DNA of 64,000 bases from assembly GCF_018977255.1 (NCBI RefSeq), contig NW_024704743.1:7070001-7134000 (forward strand), read 5' to 3'. The stretch comes from Callorhinchus milii. Lineage: Eukaryota. Below are positions 25,655-37,700 of this stretch, piece by piece. The translations under genes and the position numbers were made by a program. The notes beneath the pieces were generated by a model. The model was not told where the DNA came from and did no database searches. It saw nothing but the letters and a program-made list of their open reading frames with translations. The stretch's first letter is position 1. Each line of letters opens with the position of its first letter.

Positions 25655-26118
25655 ATAGAATCATGGAATATCACAGCACAGAAGAAAGCTGTATGGCCCA
25701 TCATGCCTGTGCCGACTCTTTGGAAGAGCTACCCAATCAGTCCCACTCCCTCGCTCTTTCCCCATACCTGCAAATTTTTCCTTTTCAGGTACCTATCTAA
25801 TTCTCTTCTGAAAGTTTTTATTGAACCTGTTTCTGCCACCTTTTCAGGCAGTGCATTCCACACGCTCACAACTCTCTGGTTAAAAAAAAAGTCTCCTCAT
25901 CTCCCCTTTGGTTCTTTTGCCAATTATCTTAAATCTATGTGCCCTATTTACTGACCCACCAGCCAGTGGAAACAGTTTCTCCCTATCTACTCTATCAAAC
26001 CCCTCATAATTTTGAACACCTCTACTTAAATCTCCCCTTAATCTTCTCTGCTTTAAGGAGAACGATCGCAGCTTCTCTCGTCTCTCCATATAACTAAATA
26101 CTTCATCCCTGGTACCAC
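25655..26118 (-). mobile_element. CR1 3' end
   Basis: FSLKQRRLRGDL..FDRVDREKLFPL..RAHRFK peptide; ATTCCATGATTCTA tail. Confidence 0.92.
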
Positions 26119-26424
26119 TTGGATCTTCAGCTTGAGAACAGGCAAATGGGAGCTCGGTTTAACATCTCATCCAAAGGACTAAGAGGAAATAGGATTAGAG
26201 TAAACATCTCCAGTAGGGAACTGACACAAGGGCCTCCTTCTCTGTTGGGTTAAAATTTGTATCATTCTAGGAAACAGATCTTGAACTTTTGTCATTGCAA
26301 CAAAACTTGTGGAAAGAAATATAAAATAAATCACGCAAAACTTTAACTGAGTTAAAGTTTTTTTTTGCCACTGATTCCCACTTATGTCACAATGTGAGAA
26401 GCTTTTGTGATTGTTAATTAAAAT

Positions 26425-26875
26425 AATAAATAAGAATAATTGTTGCATTTGATATAGCGCCTTATCACGTCTTCGAGATATCTCAAAGCATTTCACAGAT
26501 TATACTGTAACGTAAATTGACTGTATATTTTGTGGGTGAAATGCGGCAGCCAATTGCGCACAGCAGCGTCTCACAAACAGTCGTGGATTGTAGTGAACAA
26601 TTTTTTTGGAAGGAATTTTCTGGCAAATAATAATAGTCCTTGCATTTGAAATAGAACCTTATCAAGTTGTTGAGACGTATCAAAGTGGAGTGACTGTGTA
26701 TTTTGTGGGTGAAATGCAGCAAGTTAACCTCACTGTTTAAACTTTTTAAACATGTTACGCTTACAAAATGCACAGTCACTGCATTTTATAGTATATCCTG
26801 CGAAACGCTTTGAAATGTCACAAAGACCTGATAAGTCACTATATCAAATACAAGGATTATTATTATTTATTATTA
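26425..26875. mobile_element. Cluster of three SINE 3' fragments (26425-26610 -, 26625-26720 -, 26760-26875 +)
   Basis: Tail homology to SINE-A. Confidence 0.85.
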
Positions 26876-28290
26876 TAATTAACAATTGACAAAAGCTTCT
26901 CTCATTGTGGCATAAATGTGAATTAGTGACAAAGTTCCTGAGTTAACATTTTCCAGTCTTCCATATATGGCATCTCAGTAAGTCAGCAGCAGAATTTAAA
27001 AATACTTTTGGTGATGTTGCCTTACAAACATTGATAATAGCACTTGGGAAGCAGATTGCTGATTGCGGTTAGCCAATACTCCCATCATTTAATATCCATC
27101 CAACCATCCAGCCATGTTTTTCCAGCCATGTGGTTCACATAATCTCTTGTGGAATTTGGCATTTAATTTGGGATATGTCTTAACATGGTTTCTTAAAAAG
27201 GAACTCCCAATTGACCTGGAGCAACCCTACTCCAGACACAGAACTCTTTCAATAGAGTCTGTGCTGGTTGGCGAGATATACTTCTGCTTACGGGAAAGAG
27301 TGCTTATTTGTGTTACGTGCTATTGACATTACTTATTAAGGAATCCTTTTACGATTTACTTTAAATTAGATGTCAATTTCATTAAGTACCGTTACGTTCA
27401 GTTTTCAACGACTGTATCTGCATGAGAATTTTCTGCTGTTTGTTTGTATCATTGGCTCATTGTCCAAGGATATTGTAGGTGATATTTACCTTTTGTTCTC
27501 TGGCATTATTACAAAACCTACAAACTGATGTCAGTGGTGCTTCCTGTGCATAGCGACACACACCGTGCACAGAAGGTAACGTCAGTGGTGACTTGAGCAT
27601 CCAGAAATCGGCTATGTTTTCACACCTCACTTATAACATGGTCATTGGACCGAGTCTTTGGTGACAGAGCTCAGTGTATCATTTCCATTGAAATCGACGA
27701 ATAATAGACACATGCAGATTATCTGGCTCAGAGCCAGGAATCTTCAGCCTTCAGAGCTATTAAAATGATCCTGCTTTTTAACCATATTATAAACCTATCA
27801 ACAAAAGGCCCCAGGAGAGTTGAGGATATTATTTGTGTCTCCAGCAGGACCTGATTATGTGCTAACTGATGCTGATTTTCCCAGAGAGTTTCCTGAGGCC
27901 CTATTGAAGTTTTTTTTCACACGTATTTCAGAATTTGTTTCTTTAATTCCATTTCAGCCCGCGATTAACGTTTGGCAGGCACTGCCTGGTGTCGTTGAGT
28001 CTCTTTGTTTTTGCTATCAGCCACAGCATCGGAGTAAATGGTTTCCTCATTCCTCCTGTGTTGGGCTGTGAGACTCTTACAGCTCCCTCTGGCTCGCTTA
28101 ATGCTACACTTAGAGCTGGCAGGCCGTCAAGTGAACACAGATTGTAGATCGTGCCAGGAAGACATGGGAGCCACAGTTAAGCACCGTTCATCATGTTCTC
28201 TCATTGTACATGACATGATATGAAATAGACTTTAACACCATCTGGTACTATAGGTGTGGAACAAATATTTGATTGTGAGGGATGGGCTTC

Positions 28291-28612
28291 TATAGAATCA
28301 TTGAATCAGAGAATCTTACAGTTCAGAAGGAGGCCATTCGGCCCATCTGAAGTGATTTTTTCACATTATCTGGGTTTGATGAACCACAGAGGGGTGAAAT
28401 TTGTACTCTCCGTGGCCCAGAAAATAACTTTCCAACAATCCCAAGGTCCATCGTGCCTCTGCCAGCTCAAAAAAAGCGATCCAACTAGTCCCACTTCCCA
28501 TAAACCCTGCAATTTTTTCAGTTTCAAGTAAATATCCAATTCGGTTTTGCCAATTATCCTAAATCTGTGTCCTCTGGTCACTGACCCACCCACCATAGGA
28601 AACAGTTTCTCC
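28291..28612 (-). mobile_element. CR1 3' end interrupted by a 100-bp local copy (28348-28447)
   Basis: AGAAGGAGGCCATTCGGCCCATC..GTGCCTCTGCCAGCTC split by the insert; VTRGHRFRIIGK peptide. Confidence 0.88.
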
Positions 28613-29321
28613 TTAGTGGTGATGGTGGTGGGGGGGTTCTAGTCTCATGAACCATGTTATTAGGGATAGAGGGGTAGAATTTACACAGGTTTGTTTAAGC
28701 GTACCTTGTCCATTAATTAAGAAATATCCAATAATTACCAGCAGGTGAAGTACCGCTTCAGGTAAAAAGCTCATTCCACCACTTAATTGTTCAAACATAC
28801 GATTTGTTAAAGGTGGTTTTTAGTTACTGGTGTGATTTTTTCACATTATCTGGGTTTGATGAACCACAGAGGGGTGAAATTCGTACTTTCCGCGGCCCGG
28901 AAAATAACTTTCAAACTATCCCAAGACTCAGGCCAGACCATAGGGTGGAGGAGCATGGGTTTATACAAAATGTGTTTAGATTCAAAATGCACAGTCGCTA
29001 CACTTTACAGTAAAATGCTTTGAGGTGTCCTCCCAATGTATATCAAATGCAAGAATTTGTATTATCATTCCGCAAGGCACAAGCTCCTCTGACTATTAGG
29101 GAGAGGTACTGATTGCAGCTCAGTCCCTTTGCACACAGAGAGAAAATGCAGTCTTACCTGCTTCTCTAGGTGTTGAACACACATTTCTCATTTGATGTTA
29201 ATGTACTGTCACTTATTGTGGGAGTTTGCCCACAAAATGCACTGTACAGTATATTTTGTGAGGTGCTTTGAAACTAATATGAAAGGCACTATACTAAACA
29301 TTAGGATTATTATTATTACAA

Positions 29322-29570
29322 TCCAACAACAATGCAATTTTACATTTCGATAGCGTCTTTCACATCAGGAGGGTGTCCGAGTGTTCGTAATAGACTGCCT
29401 GGGCATCAGAGCTGGGTGGAGGAGCTGAGGGCTGGGAAGTGGAAAGGTGACCGAAAGCGCAGGCAGAGAGATATGTTTTGAGACCAAGGGAAGGGAGGGA
29501 GTCAAAGATCGGGGATGCACTTCCAGAGTGAGGGGACAGATGACTGAAAGCCCACCGACCGATGGAGAAG
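29322..29570 (-). mobile_element. Degenerate L2 3' end
   Basis: Tail motif and G-rich 3' UTR on plus. Confidence 0.7.
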
Positions 29571-30799
29571 ACCTGTGCTCTCTGAGCAATTCAGTGTACA
29601 GTATTTCACAAAAGGGAAGATTGCATTGACCACTACCAACATTACCTTCAGCAGTCAACTGCTCAGAAAACCAGCAGCTCAACCCTATGCTGGTTGTAAT
29701 TTAATACTTAAACAGTGCATGGGAAGCATGCCATTGGGATAAAGGATGTAGAAGCCTCACCAGTAAATAAGGTTAAAGGAGCTCCACTCAATCCATTGGA
29801 ATTTCAGAATAATTGGACGGTCGTAAACTTCAGAGCGTACCAATAAAACACAGAGTGAGCAGTGCACAACATGTCATTATGCAGGGTATTAGACTCCAGA
29901 TTTTCAGCCATCATTTCCCTTGCGTGGCAAGTTCCCAAAATCAACTAGGCCACCATGGAAGGGGGCGAGTGGAACCCAGATGGTTTCCCATGAGAAAGGA
30001 AAGTGGGAAATAAAAAAACATCAGATGACAAGTCACCTGAGACTTCTCTTCTCATACCTCCTGTTGAACAGCATTGGCAGAGGCTCGCACAGCTTGCACA
30101 CACTCGTGAGATGTCCTAACCTGGAAACTTGTACAGGATCGGAAAAGACCATTAGGGCCCACTCTGCTGACCCACACTGTTTCACTTGGTGAACGCTGAG
30201 TCCGTTAACACCTCTATACCCTCAAGCGTCTACCTACAGATTTACAGTTTCTGCACTTAACAGCGATTCCCTATTAAAAGTTTTGAGACACTTTAACATT
30301 ATAGTGATATTTTTAACAACATTAACAAATTTACGAATGACTGTTTCAGACGCAATGATTATTAATGTGCATTTCAGCTTCCAAGTGGAAAGTTCTGTCC
30401 CAATCATGGAATACAGGGATTGCACGCTGGACAATCTCATGTGCGCTCAACCACATTGTGATTGGGAAACAATGGCACCGACATTTATGGAAATTATTTT
30501 GCTTGAGATTTTTTAATTGGCAATGTACAATTTAACCAACATCAGCATGTGTGATTTAACTGGCCTTTCCTCCACATAGACCTTGCCATTGGTATGATTT
30601 AGTACAGGAATTGGCATTCGCTCTGTGTTCTTTGGCTGTTTATGTTTTTGCAGCTTAAATAACAAATATATGAAAATGAAATCACTTTTGAGGAAACATT
30701 ACACTAAAATACAGCCATCTGTGTACTTAAAGGAGTTAGATTGATGGTTACAGCATACAATGACAGAAACATTAGTGCAAATTAGTTGGGGTTTAAAGA

Positions 30800-31135
30800 T
30801 CTGGGCGAGTGGGAGAGACAGTGTGAGGAGGGAAAAGGAAAGGCACTGGGGGGAGGGAAGTGTTGGCATCATGAGGGAGTGGAGGGCTGATATTATGGGA
30901 GAGAAAGAAAGGCACTCGGGGAAGAGAAGGATGGCATTGTGGGGGGGTGGGGTGGGGGCAAAGGGATATCACTGTGAGGAAGAGAAGGAAGACAGAAGGG
31001 GAGAGAAGGGATGGCACTTTATGGGGTGAAAAAGAAACAATGGCACCAGAGAAGGATTGGGGCATGCAGGGGAGAAAGGATGAAACTGTAGGGGAAAGAG
31101 AGAAGGATTTATGCTATAGGGGGAGAGAGAAGCAA
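30800..31135 (+). repeat. Purine-rich low-complexity tract with degenerate GGCAY..GGGAGAGAA units
   Basis: Composition and recurring unit visible by eye. Confidence 0.7.
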
Positions 31136-31224
31136 GTAGCTGATTGAATTTAATTTCAGTAATCTGGTTTCTGAGCCAGGTGGTTCTACAGCACTTCAAA
31201 ACACTCCAAGATGATATACCAGTG

Positions 31225-31400
31225 TGGCTCGTCAGCAGGACTTGGAAGGGCAGACTGGTCACTGGAGACAGGGATTCTTCCCTTTTGGCTCCTGTTAATC
31301 CTACGCACCAAAGTTCTAATGGTCCTAGCAGTGGGTTTTAGTTGATTAACCCCAAACGCACACTTTGGGATTCCCAAGCCTTTGATCTCACCAACCTGTG
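31225..31400 (+). repeat. Family D repeat
   Basis: GGCTCCTGTTAATCCTAC..CCAAAGTTCTAA..TTTTAGTTGATTAACCCC..GCACACTTTGG matches 17740-17875. Confidence 0.7.
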
Positions 31401-31639
31401 CAGAATACTTCAGTAGGTGCCAAATTAGGTAGGTAGGACATCTCCCTCCAGGAGAGAGTACGAATTCCATTTGAGACACATACTTAGATGACATGCATTT
31501 GTGCCACTTAAAATCTGGTTTGGATAATTTGAAGCAAGTGGCAGATGCCCAGGCGACCAAAAAACATCAACCGAACCTACTCCTCAAGTTTATTAGATCT
31601 TGGCAAATCCTTTAATTACAATGTCTTATCATTTCACCA

Positions 31640-31970
31640 TATCCTGAATGCTTCAACTGCACAAGTATCTGTCAATCTCTCTTTTAAACATTCCTATGGA
31701 TTCAGCCTCTATAGCTTTCTGGGGGTAAAGTTTTCCATATCTTGAAAATCCTCTGTGTGAGGAAATACTTCCTGACCTCAGTTCTATGGATCTTGGTTCT
31801 GATTTTATTGCTATATCTTGTTGTACTGGATCCTTTTATCAAAGGGAGGAGTCATCCACTATTTAACATATCAATTCATTTTATTATCTTAAATACCTCA
31901 ATCAAATTACCTCTTAACCTCCTGTGCTCTTAGGAATATGACCTCAGTCTACTCAGCCTTTCATCACAGA
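31640..31970 (-). mobile_element. Old CR1 3' fragment
   Basis: CTCTGTGTGAGGAAATACTTCCTGAC and ATCAAATTACCTCTTAACCTCCT motifs (RxYFxTQR, RRLRG reversed). Confidence 0.75.
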
Positions 31971-32040
31971 CCTTGAGGGATCTATCCTCTATCATAAAAC
32001 AAGTAAACGGTCAAAAAATCACTGCAAGGAACATTAGTCA

Positions 32041-32430
32041 ATAACAACAACAACAACTTGGATTTATATAGCGCCCTCCACGCCGGACGGCATCTCAGAA
32101 CGCTCAAATTGGATTTATAAAGCGCCTTTCATTTGGGAAGATGTTCCAGGTACTTGACAGTTAAGGATTGCACTTGGAATTAAGAGGGGTGGAGGACAAG
32201 TGGGGGTGGGATTGGGAGGATGAACGAATGCACAGCCAAAGAGGAAGGTTTTGAGACAGGCCTTGAAGGAGTCAAGGGTGGGGGTGAGGCAAAGGCACTA
32301 CTGGTTGGAGTTCCAGAGAGTGAAAGCTCTGTGAAGGCTGAAGGCTGTAAAGACTGCCAATGGTGAAGCAGACAGAGCAAAGGACATGGAGCAAGCCAAT
32401 GCCTGCTGAGTGGATGGAGCAGGCAGGTTG
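32041..32430 (-). mobile_element. Short type-I L2 tail (32041-32106) stacked on an older L2 3' end
   Basis: Two TTGGATTTATA.AGCGCC motifs about 50 bp apart. Confidence 0.8.
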
Positions 32431-33390
32431 GAAAGGTTTTAGTAGGAAAATAAAATACAAATAAAACAAAACTAATGTTCTCCACTGAACATCGGGACAT
32501 TGCAATGTGACATGACCCACCTTCTGAGTTGGGCAAATGACTCAACTTTCAATTTGGCTTAAAAAGGTTTTTTATCCGGAAATTTGCGAAGCTTTTATTA
32601 CTCGTGATTTCAGGCCAGCCCATCTACCTGCATTCGTTAAAACATACTTTTCTATTGTTAAAATTTTCTAAAATGCTGATTGATTTGGCAATGTGGTTCA
32701 GAGTCTTGTTTGTTAATCTCTGCCTCACACTATTTGGATGTAGTAAGTATTGAATCAACTAACGCATTATATATTTTTTCAGAACATCAGTTTACTAGCG
32801 CTATCCTATCCACTGGGTATGCGTGCCTCCCATATGTATTTTCAATAATGCCACTATCAATCATGATGATCTAAGGTGACTTGCCATTAGCGCATGGTGC
32901 ATAACAGGGCACGATAGGGCATTTAACTCAAAATATGCAATGAACAATTCAACTCATTCAACTCATCCAATAAATCAAAAGTCACTGCAACCTGGTGAAT
33001 GAGGTACAAATCTAATGTAATGGTGGGGTGCCAATGATACAATAACATATGAAAGAGATGGTGGAAGAGTTTGAGCCAAGAGGTCAGATCGCATCTCTGA
33101 ACTCTTTCTAAGTGATAAACGAGGCTTAATTTCCAGGCTCTGTTTGCAGGCTCTTTGTGCTATCCTGCCAGTAACTGACCTGTCAGCTGTCAGCGCCCTA
33201 TATGCCCTTGAAGCACAGTGACACTCTCTAAAAGGTGCAATTGTCTTGTGATGTGAATGGAAACATTATTCACAAGGCACGTGTGTGGACGTCAGGTGTG
33301 GGATCTGCCATGTCCAAATAACCTGCAAATACTCACTGTCATGAAGAATGGTCAGTTGGCTGAGGGTTCCAGAGGGCACAATGCCTCTGG

Positions 33391-33528
33391 AATAATAATA
33401 ATCCTTGCACTCGATTTTGCTCTTTATCACGCCGTTGAGACGTCTCAAAGCGCTTCACAGAATATATTGTAAAGTGGATTGACTGCGTATTTTGTGGGTG
33501 AAATGCGGCAGCCAATTGCGCACAGCGG
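33391..33528 (-). mobile_element. SINE-A 3' fragment
   Basis: Tail homology. Confidence 0.88.
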
Positions 33529-34284
33529 CAAAATGTATAAACTGGAGGATTTCTTTAAAATAACCATTTTTAACCTGCAAATAGGTCAATAAAATGGGAA
33601 CAGTGCACATGGAATATCTGGTACCTTAGAAGTCAGGAGGAAATCTCGGTGGTGTGAGGAAATATGACTGAAAGTGCAGTCAAAGAGGTAAGGCAAATAG
33701 AATTAAGAGAAAATATTGGTTTATTTGGGGGTGGGGGGTGTCTGGGTGATGCACGATCTCAATGGGGCTGAATTGACTCCAATGTGAAAGTAGACCCAGG
33801 GGGAATATAGAGGCTGGGATAAGTTCCCTTTAAACATAGACAAAATGAATGTTTGCCTTTGTGTTCAATCTTGAATTCTGCCCCCATTCAAGTCAATGGG
33901 AAGAATTCTGGCCTAACTTTCAATTCTCAAAGCAAGGGTGACTCACTGACCACAACCCACAATTGCAGCTCTGGAGATAGCTATCAGTCCGACAGGCTCA
34001 TCAAATATGGAGAAGTCAGTTTTGTTATAATATTTAATAAGAAAGGAAGGAAAACCTGCCAAATCTCATGGACATCAACTCCCTTTTTCCCATGATTTTT
34101 TTTATTGCTGACTATTCACAAGCAATGTATGCTGATATCACGGAGATACTGTAGCAGAACTGGGGGATGACTGGAGTTATATTTGCTTTTCAGCTCTGTG
34201 AAGCGCTGTCAGTGAGTTGGAACAGGCAGCTCTGTGCTATGTGAACTAAATCAGCTCTGAATTTGGACATGCAAGAGTCCATTT

Positions 34285-35083
34285 ATAAGAACATTTGCAA
34301 GGCGAATGAAGACCAAGGTCCATCTAGTTCGCCTTCCACTATCCTGGCAGTCGCTTGACATGTCGTGTCCCAAACGATATATTGTACAGATTATTTTCTA
34401 GAGGGGGAGAGATTAGATAGTGTTAGTGTGCAGAGGGATTTGGGTGTCCTTGTACACCAGTCTCAAAAAGTTAGTTTGCAGGTGCAGCAAGCAACTAAGA
34501 AGACGAACGGCATGTTAGAGTTCATTGCAAAAGGTTTAGAGTACAAGAGTAGGGAAGTCTTGCTGAAACTCTAGAGTACAGAAGAATTAGGGGAGATCTT
34601 ATTGAAACATACAAGATTCTTAAAGGGTTGGATAAAGTGGACACTGAGGGTCTGTTTCCCCTGGAAGGAGAATCTGTAACCAGGGTCACAGTCTTAAAAT
34701 TAAGGGTCAGCATTTTAGAATAGAGTTGAGGAAACATTTCTTCACTCAGAGGGTAATGAATTTATGGAATTCACTACCCCAGAAGGCTGTGGATGCTCAG
34801 TCCTTGAACATTTTCAAGGCTGAGACTGATAGCTTTTTAAAAAATAGAGGGATTAGGGGGGATATGGGGATAGGGCAGGTAATTAGAGTTAGGTCTGAAA
34901 ATCAGCCATGATCTTATCGAATGGCGGGGCAGGCTCAAGGGGCCAAATGGCCTACTCATGCTCCTAATTCTTATGTTCTTATGTATCCTGAGATATTATT
35001 TTCTAGCAGAAATCTATCCAATTTGTTCTTGAAACAAATGACATTTTCTGCTTCCACTGTCTCCCTAGGGAGCCTGTTCCATT
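34285..35083 (-). mobile_element. CR1 (same family as 9590-10772) 3' end, split by another CR1
   Basis: 34285-34386 and 34983-35083 join to give the reverse complement of ~10570-10770. Confidence 0.88.
34387..34985 (+). mobile_element. CR1 3' portion with internal deletion, nested
   Basis: QRDLGVLVH, RKHFFTQRVMNLWNSLP peptides; TTCTTATGTTCTTATG tail. Confidence 0.92.
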
Positions 35084-35222
35084 TATTAGCACTGAAACAA
35101 CACTATCATTTAGCTGTAATGTAAAATTGTATTTTATGCTCTGCACTGGGCAGTAAAATAAGCACAATTTTAAATTTATTGGTGGGAATGAGCACTTTTG
35201 TAAAACAATTGTTTACCTTAAT

Positions 35223-35890
35223 TGTCTTCCCTTCTCTCCTGTCCTGCAGGCGCCAACTCACACTTGCCAATCATTAATACCATGGGCATAAGTCACTCAG
35301 CAGTCAATCTTGGAGTTCTGTAGCATATTGCTTAGAGCACTAGCCTTGTAAGCGAGAGGACCCGGGTTCGATTCCCAGACCAGGCTAAACGTAAGGTAAG
35401 CTTCCTTACACCACATGCCTCTGTATATCTAGCAGTAAGTAGGAACGTGTTTGTTTGGTCAACAGTTGTTGGTCAATTGACATATAATTTTTTGGGCATA
35501 ATAATCCCTTCAAATATTTTTTTAAAAGTCGCAATATCAAATGCAAAGATTATTATTATTACTTTGATGATGATGATCATTATGATTATTATTATTATTA
35601 CCCAACCTGACATTCTTCATGTGAGTTCAAACTGTGCGGTATATAACCAGAGTGCACAACTGAGCTCAATTCTATCCTCCGATGACACCTACACATGGAT
35701 ACTTTCCAATAGGAGTCACTGGAAAGTGATCAGTGGGAGGACCGTTGGCTTATTTCTCCTCTCTCTCTAACACAGTGTGAGGCCAACTGTAGCAGCCATG
35801 TTGCTGCTCAGGCAGGCTGACATCAACTGACAGAGCATCCATCAGGGATCCAATCTGAGACGTCCATGTTTTTTGTGGCTTAGTTTAAAA
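35223..35890 (-). repeat. Family C repeat interrupted by SINE-A
   Basis: Homology to 5137-5455 and to the reverse complement of 47250-47487. Confidence 0.6.
35311..35600 (+). mobile_element. SINE-A lacking its Deu-like segment
   Basis: Head with GGTTCGATTCC; jumps from the centre to ATATCAAATGCAA and an expanded (ATT/ATG)n tail. Confidence 0.85.
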
Positions 35891-35984
35891 CTCTGCGATG
35901 GCTTTTATTAGGTCAGAAATATTTTTCCAGCTTTCTCCATGCTTTCTTGCATGGGAATAATTCAACAGAAAAGGCAGCCCACCA

Positions 35985-36335
35985 AAGGCAGATAGTGACT
36001 AGGGGATTAAAAGAGAATTTAGGAGGAACTACTTCACGCAGAGGGTAGTGAGATTGTGGAACTTGCTGCCTGAAGCATTGGTTGAATCAGATAGTGTAGA
36101 TGCATTCAAGAGGAAGCTAGATCTTCTTTTCAAAGAGCCAGCACAGACACAATGGGCTGAATGGCCTCCTTCTGTGCTGTATAATTCTATGATTCACATA
36201 AGGGAAAGGGGAACAGAAGGGTATGGGAGGAAATAAAGAATGGGTGGAGACACTTGTGGAGTGCAAACACCAGTACAGAATGGTTGGCCAAGTGGCCTGT
36301 CTCCATGCTGTACATTCTTTGTAAATCTTTCTTAA
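35985..36335 (+). mobile_element. CR1 3' end with a second short CR1 tail inside (~36125-36195)
   Basis: RRNYFTQRVVRLWNLLP peptide; two different CR1 tails. Confidence 0.85.
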
Positions 36336-36346
36336 TCTTTGTAGAA

Positions 36347-36708
36347 TGCGACAAGTGATGTGATAATTATCATTGGTGATATTATCACATCATCGAAAAT
36401 TCCATTCCTGTGAATGTCTCAGTTGAAGTCTGGCTATGGGTGAAACATTCCCTCCCCTCAACTTTTCTACAATGTACAATGGTTGGGTTCGAAATAGGTC
36501 CACAACTAAAAATTGACTTGCCGCTATCCTGGGATCCGGAACTAAAATGTTGGGAGTCTTGGAGCAGTAGGTCACGGGCTGATTTGGAATCTAATGTTTC
36601 TCCTGAAATGGTGGGGGTGGGGAAGAAACTCAGCTCAGTCATCAATAGCGGTTGAATTTTAACTCTGTGATAATACCACGGGTGATAATCATCACATTGT
36701 GTATCGCA
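36347..36708. repeat. Imperfect ~55-bp inverted repeat pair around a ~250-bp spacer
   Basis: 36347-36402 versus the reverse complement of 36654-36708. Confidence 0.7.
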
Positions 36709-37549
36709 CTTCCATCCAATATCCTAGTTTAGCGCTCCGAGATGCTTCCCCGTGTGAAGGGTGTTATATAAATGCAAGTTGTTGTTTAATAGTTGAAATA
36801 ATTTTCTTTCAATGGCACAATAGCTCACAAAATAACTTTGTAGGCTGGTTATCAGCAGAAATGTTCTGAACATCTACTTGGATCAATTGAATTGCCCCTA
36901 TGACAGGATTTTGCGTAATATATCCTTTCACCTCATATTTGTGCTCGCACTTATAATAGAACAGCTCCAGAAAATGGGAATCAATCCCATCAGACTACAT
37001 GAATAAAAACAGTTCTATTAAAATGACCACATCTGACAAACTGTCCAAAAGAAATGTGCAATTGGCATAGCTGGGACGGTTGCTGGCTTAGTTGTTAATC
37101 AACATTGTACTTTGCTCACAATTCTGGATCAGATGACTGTGCCTTTGCTGGGATTAGGTGGTCAGGCGTATTGGGATATTTTCTCTTTCCTATGTGGTTT
37201 AATGTCTGGACTTGTCTTAGAATCTATTCCAGAGATTGTCTTCCTTCAGTTACTGAAGGCACAAAATTAAATAGATTTTATATGATTTCCAGTAAGTTCC
37301 AATAAAGTTGAATCCAAATCCAAACCAGAAAACATTGCTTAAACTGAACTTAAGTTCTTTCTTTGAAATAATCACACAATCTACTCTATTATATTTTAAA
37401 GCTACAGAGTCTCACAAAACGTTAATTATTTTCAGAGGTTTTGTCAGTGACGTGATGAAATTGTTGCCCTAATTAGAGGAGAAACAACCTCCAAAGTGTT
37501 GGATAATTACAGCTCAGAAAGAGGTCATTCAAGTCCATCAAACCTCTCA

Positions 37550-37700
37550 ACTCTCTACCCCCTCCTCGCTCCCTCCCTTCCCTCCCCTCACCCTGACCAT
37601 TTCCCCCCTGCTCGGGTCCCGACCCAACTGTCCATCACTTTGGGACGTCCTCCCGACGTGAAAGGTGCTCTATAAATGAAATCTTGTTGTTGTTGTTGTT
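37550..37700 (+). mobile_element. L2 (type II) 3' UTR and tail
   Basis: Reverse complement of 23254-23405; (TTG)n. Confidence 0.92.

Noticed and set aside
30760..31262. Cluster of short ORFs
   Set aside because: Artefact of purine-rich low-complexity sequence
36361..36690. Phage lambda operator-like TATCAC/GTGATA sites
   Set aside because: No phage context; explained by the hairpin repeat
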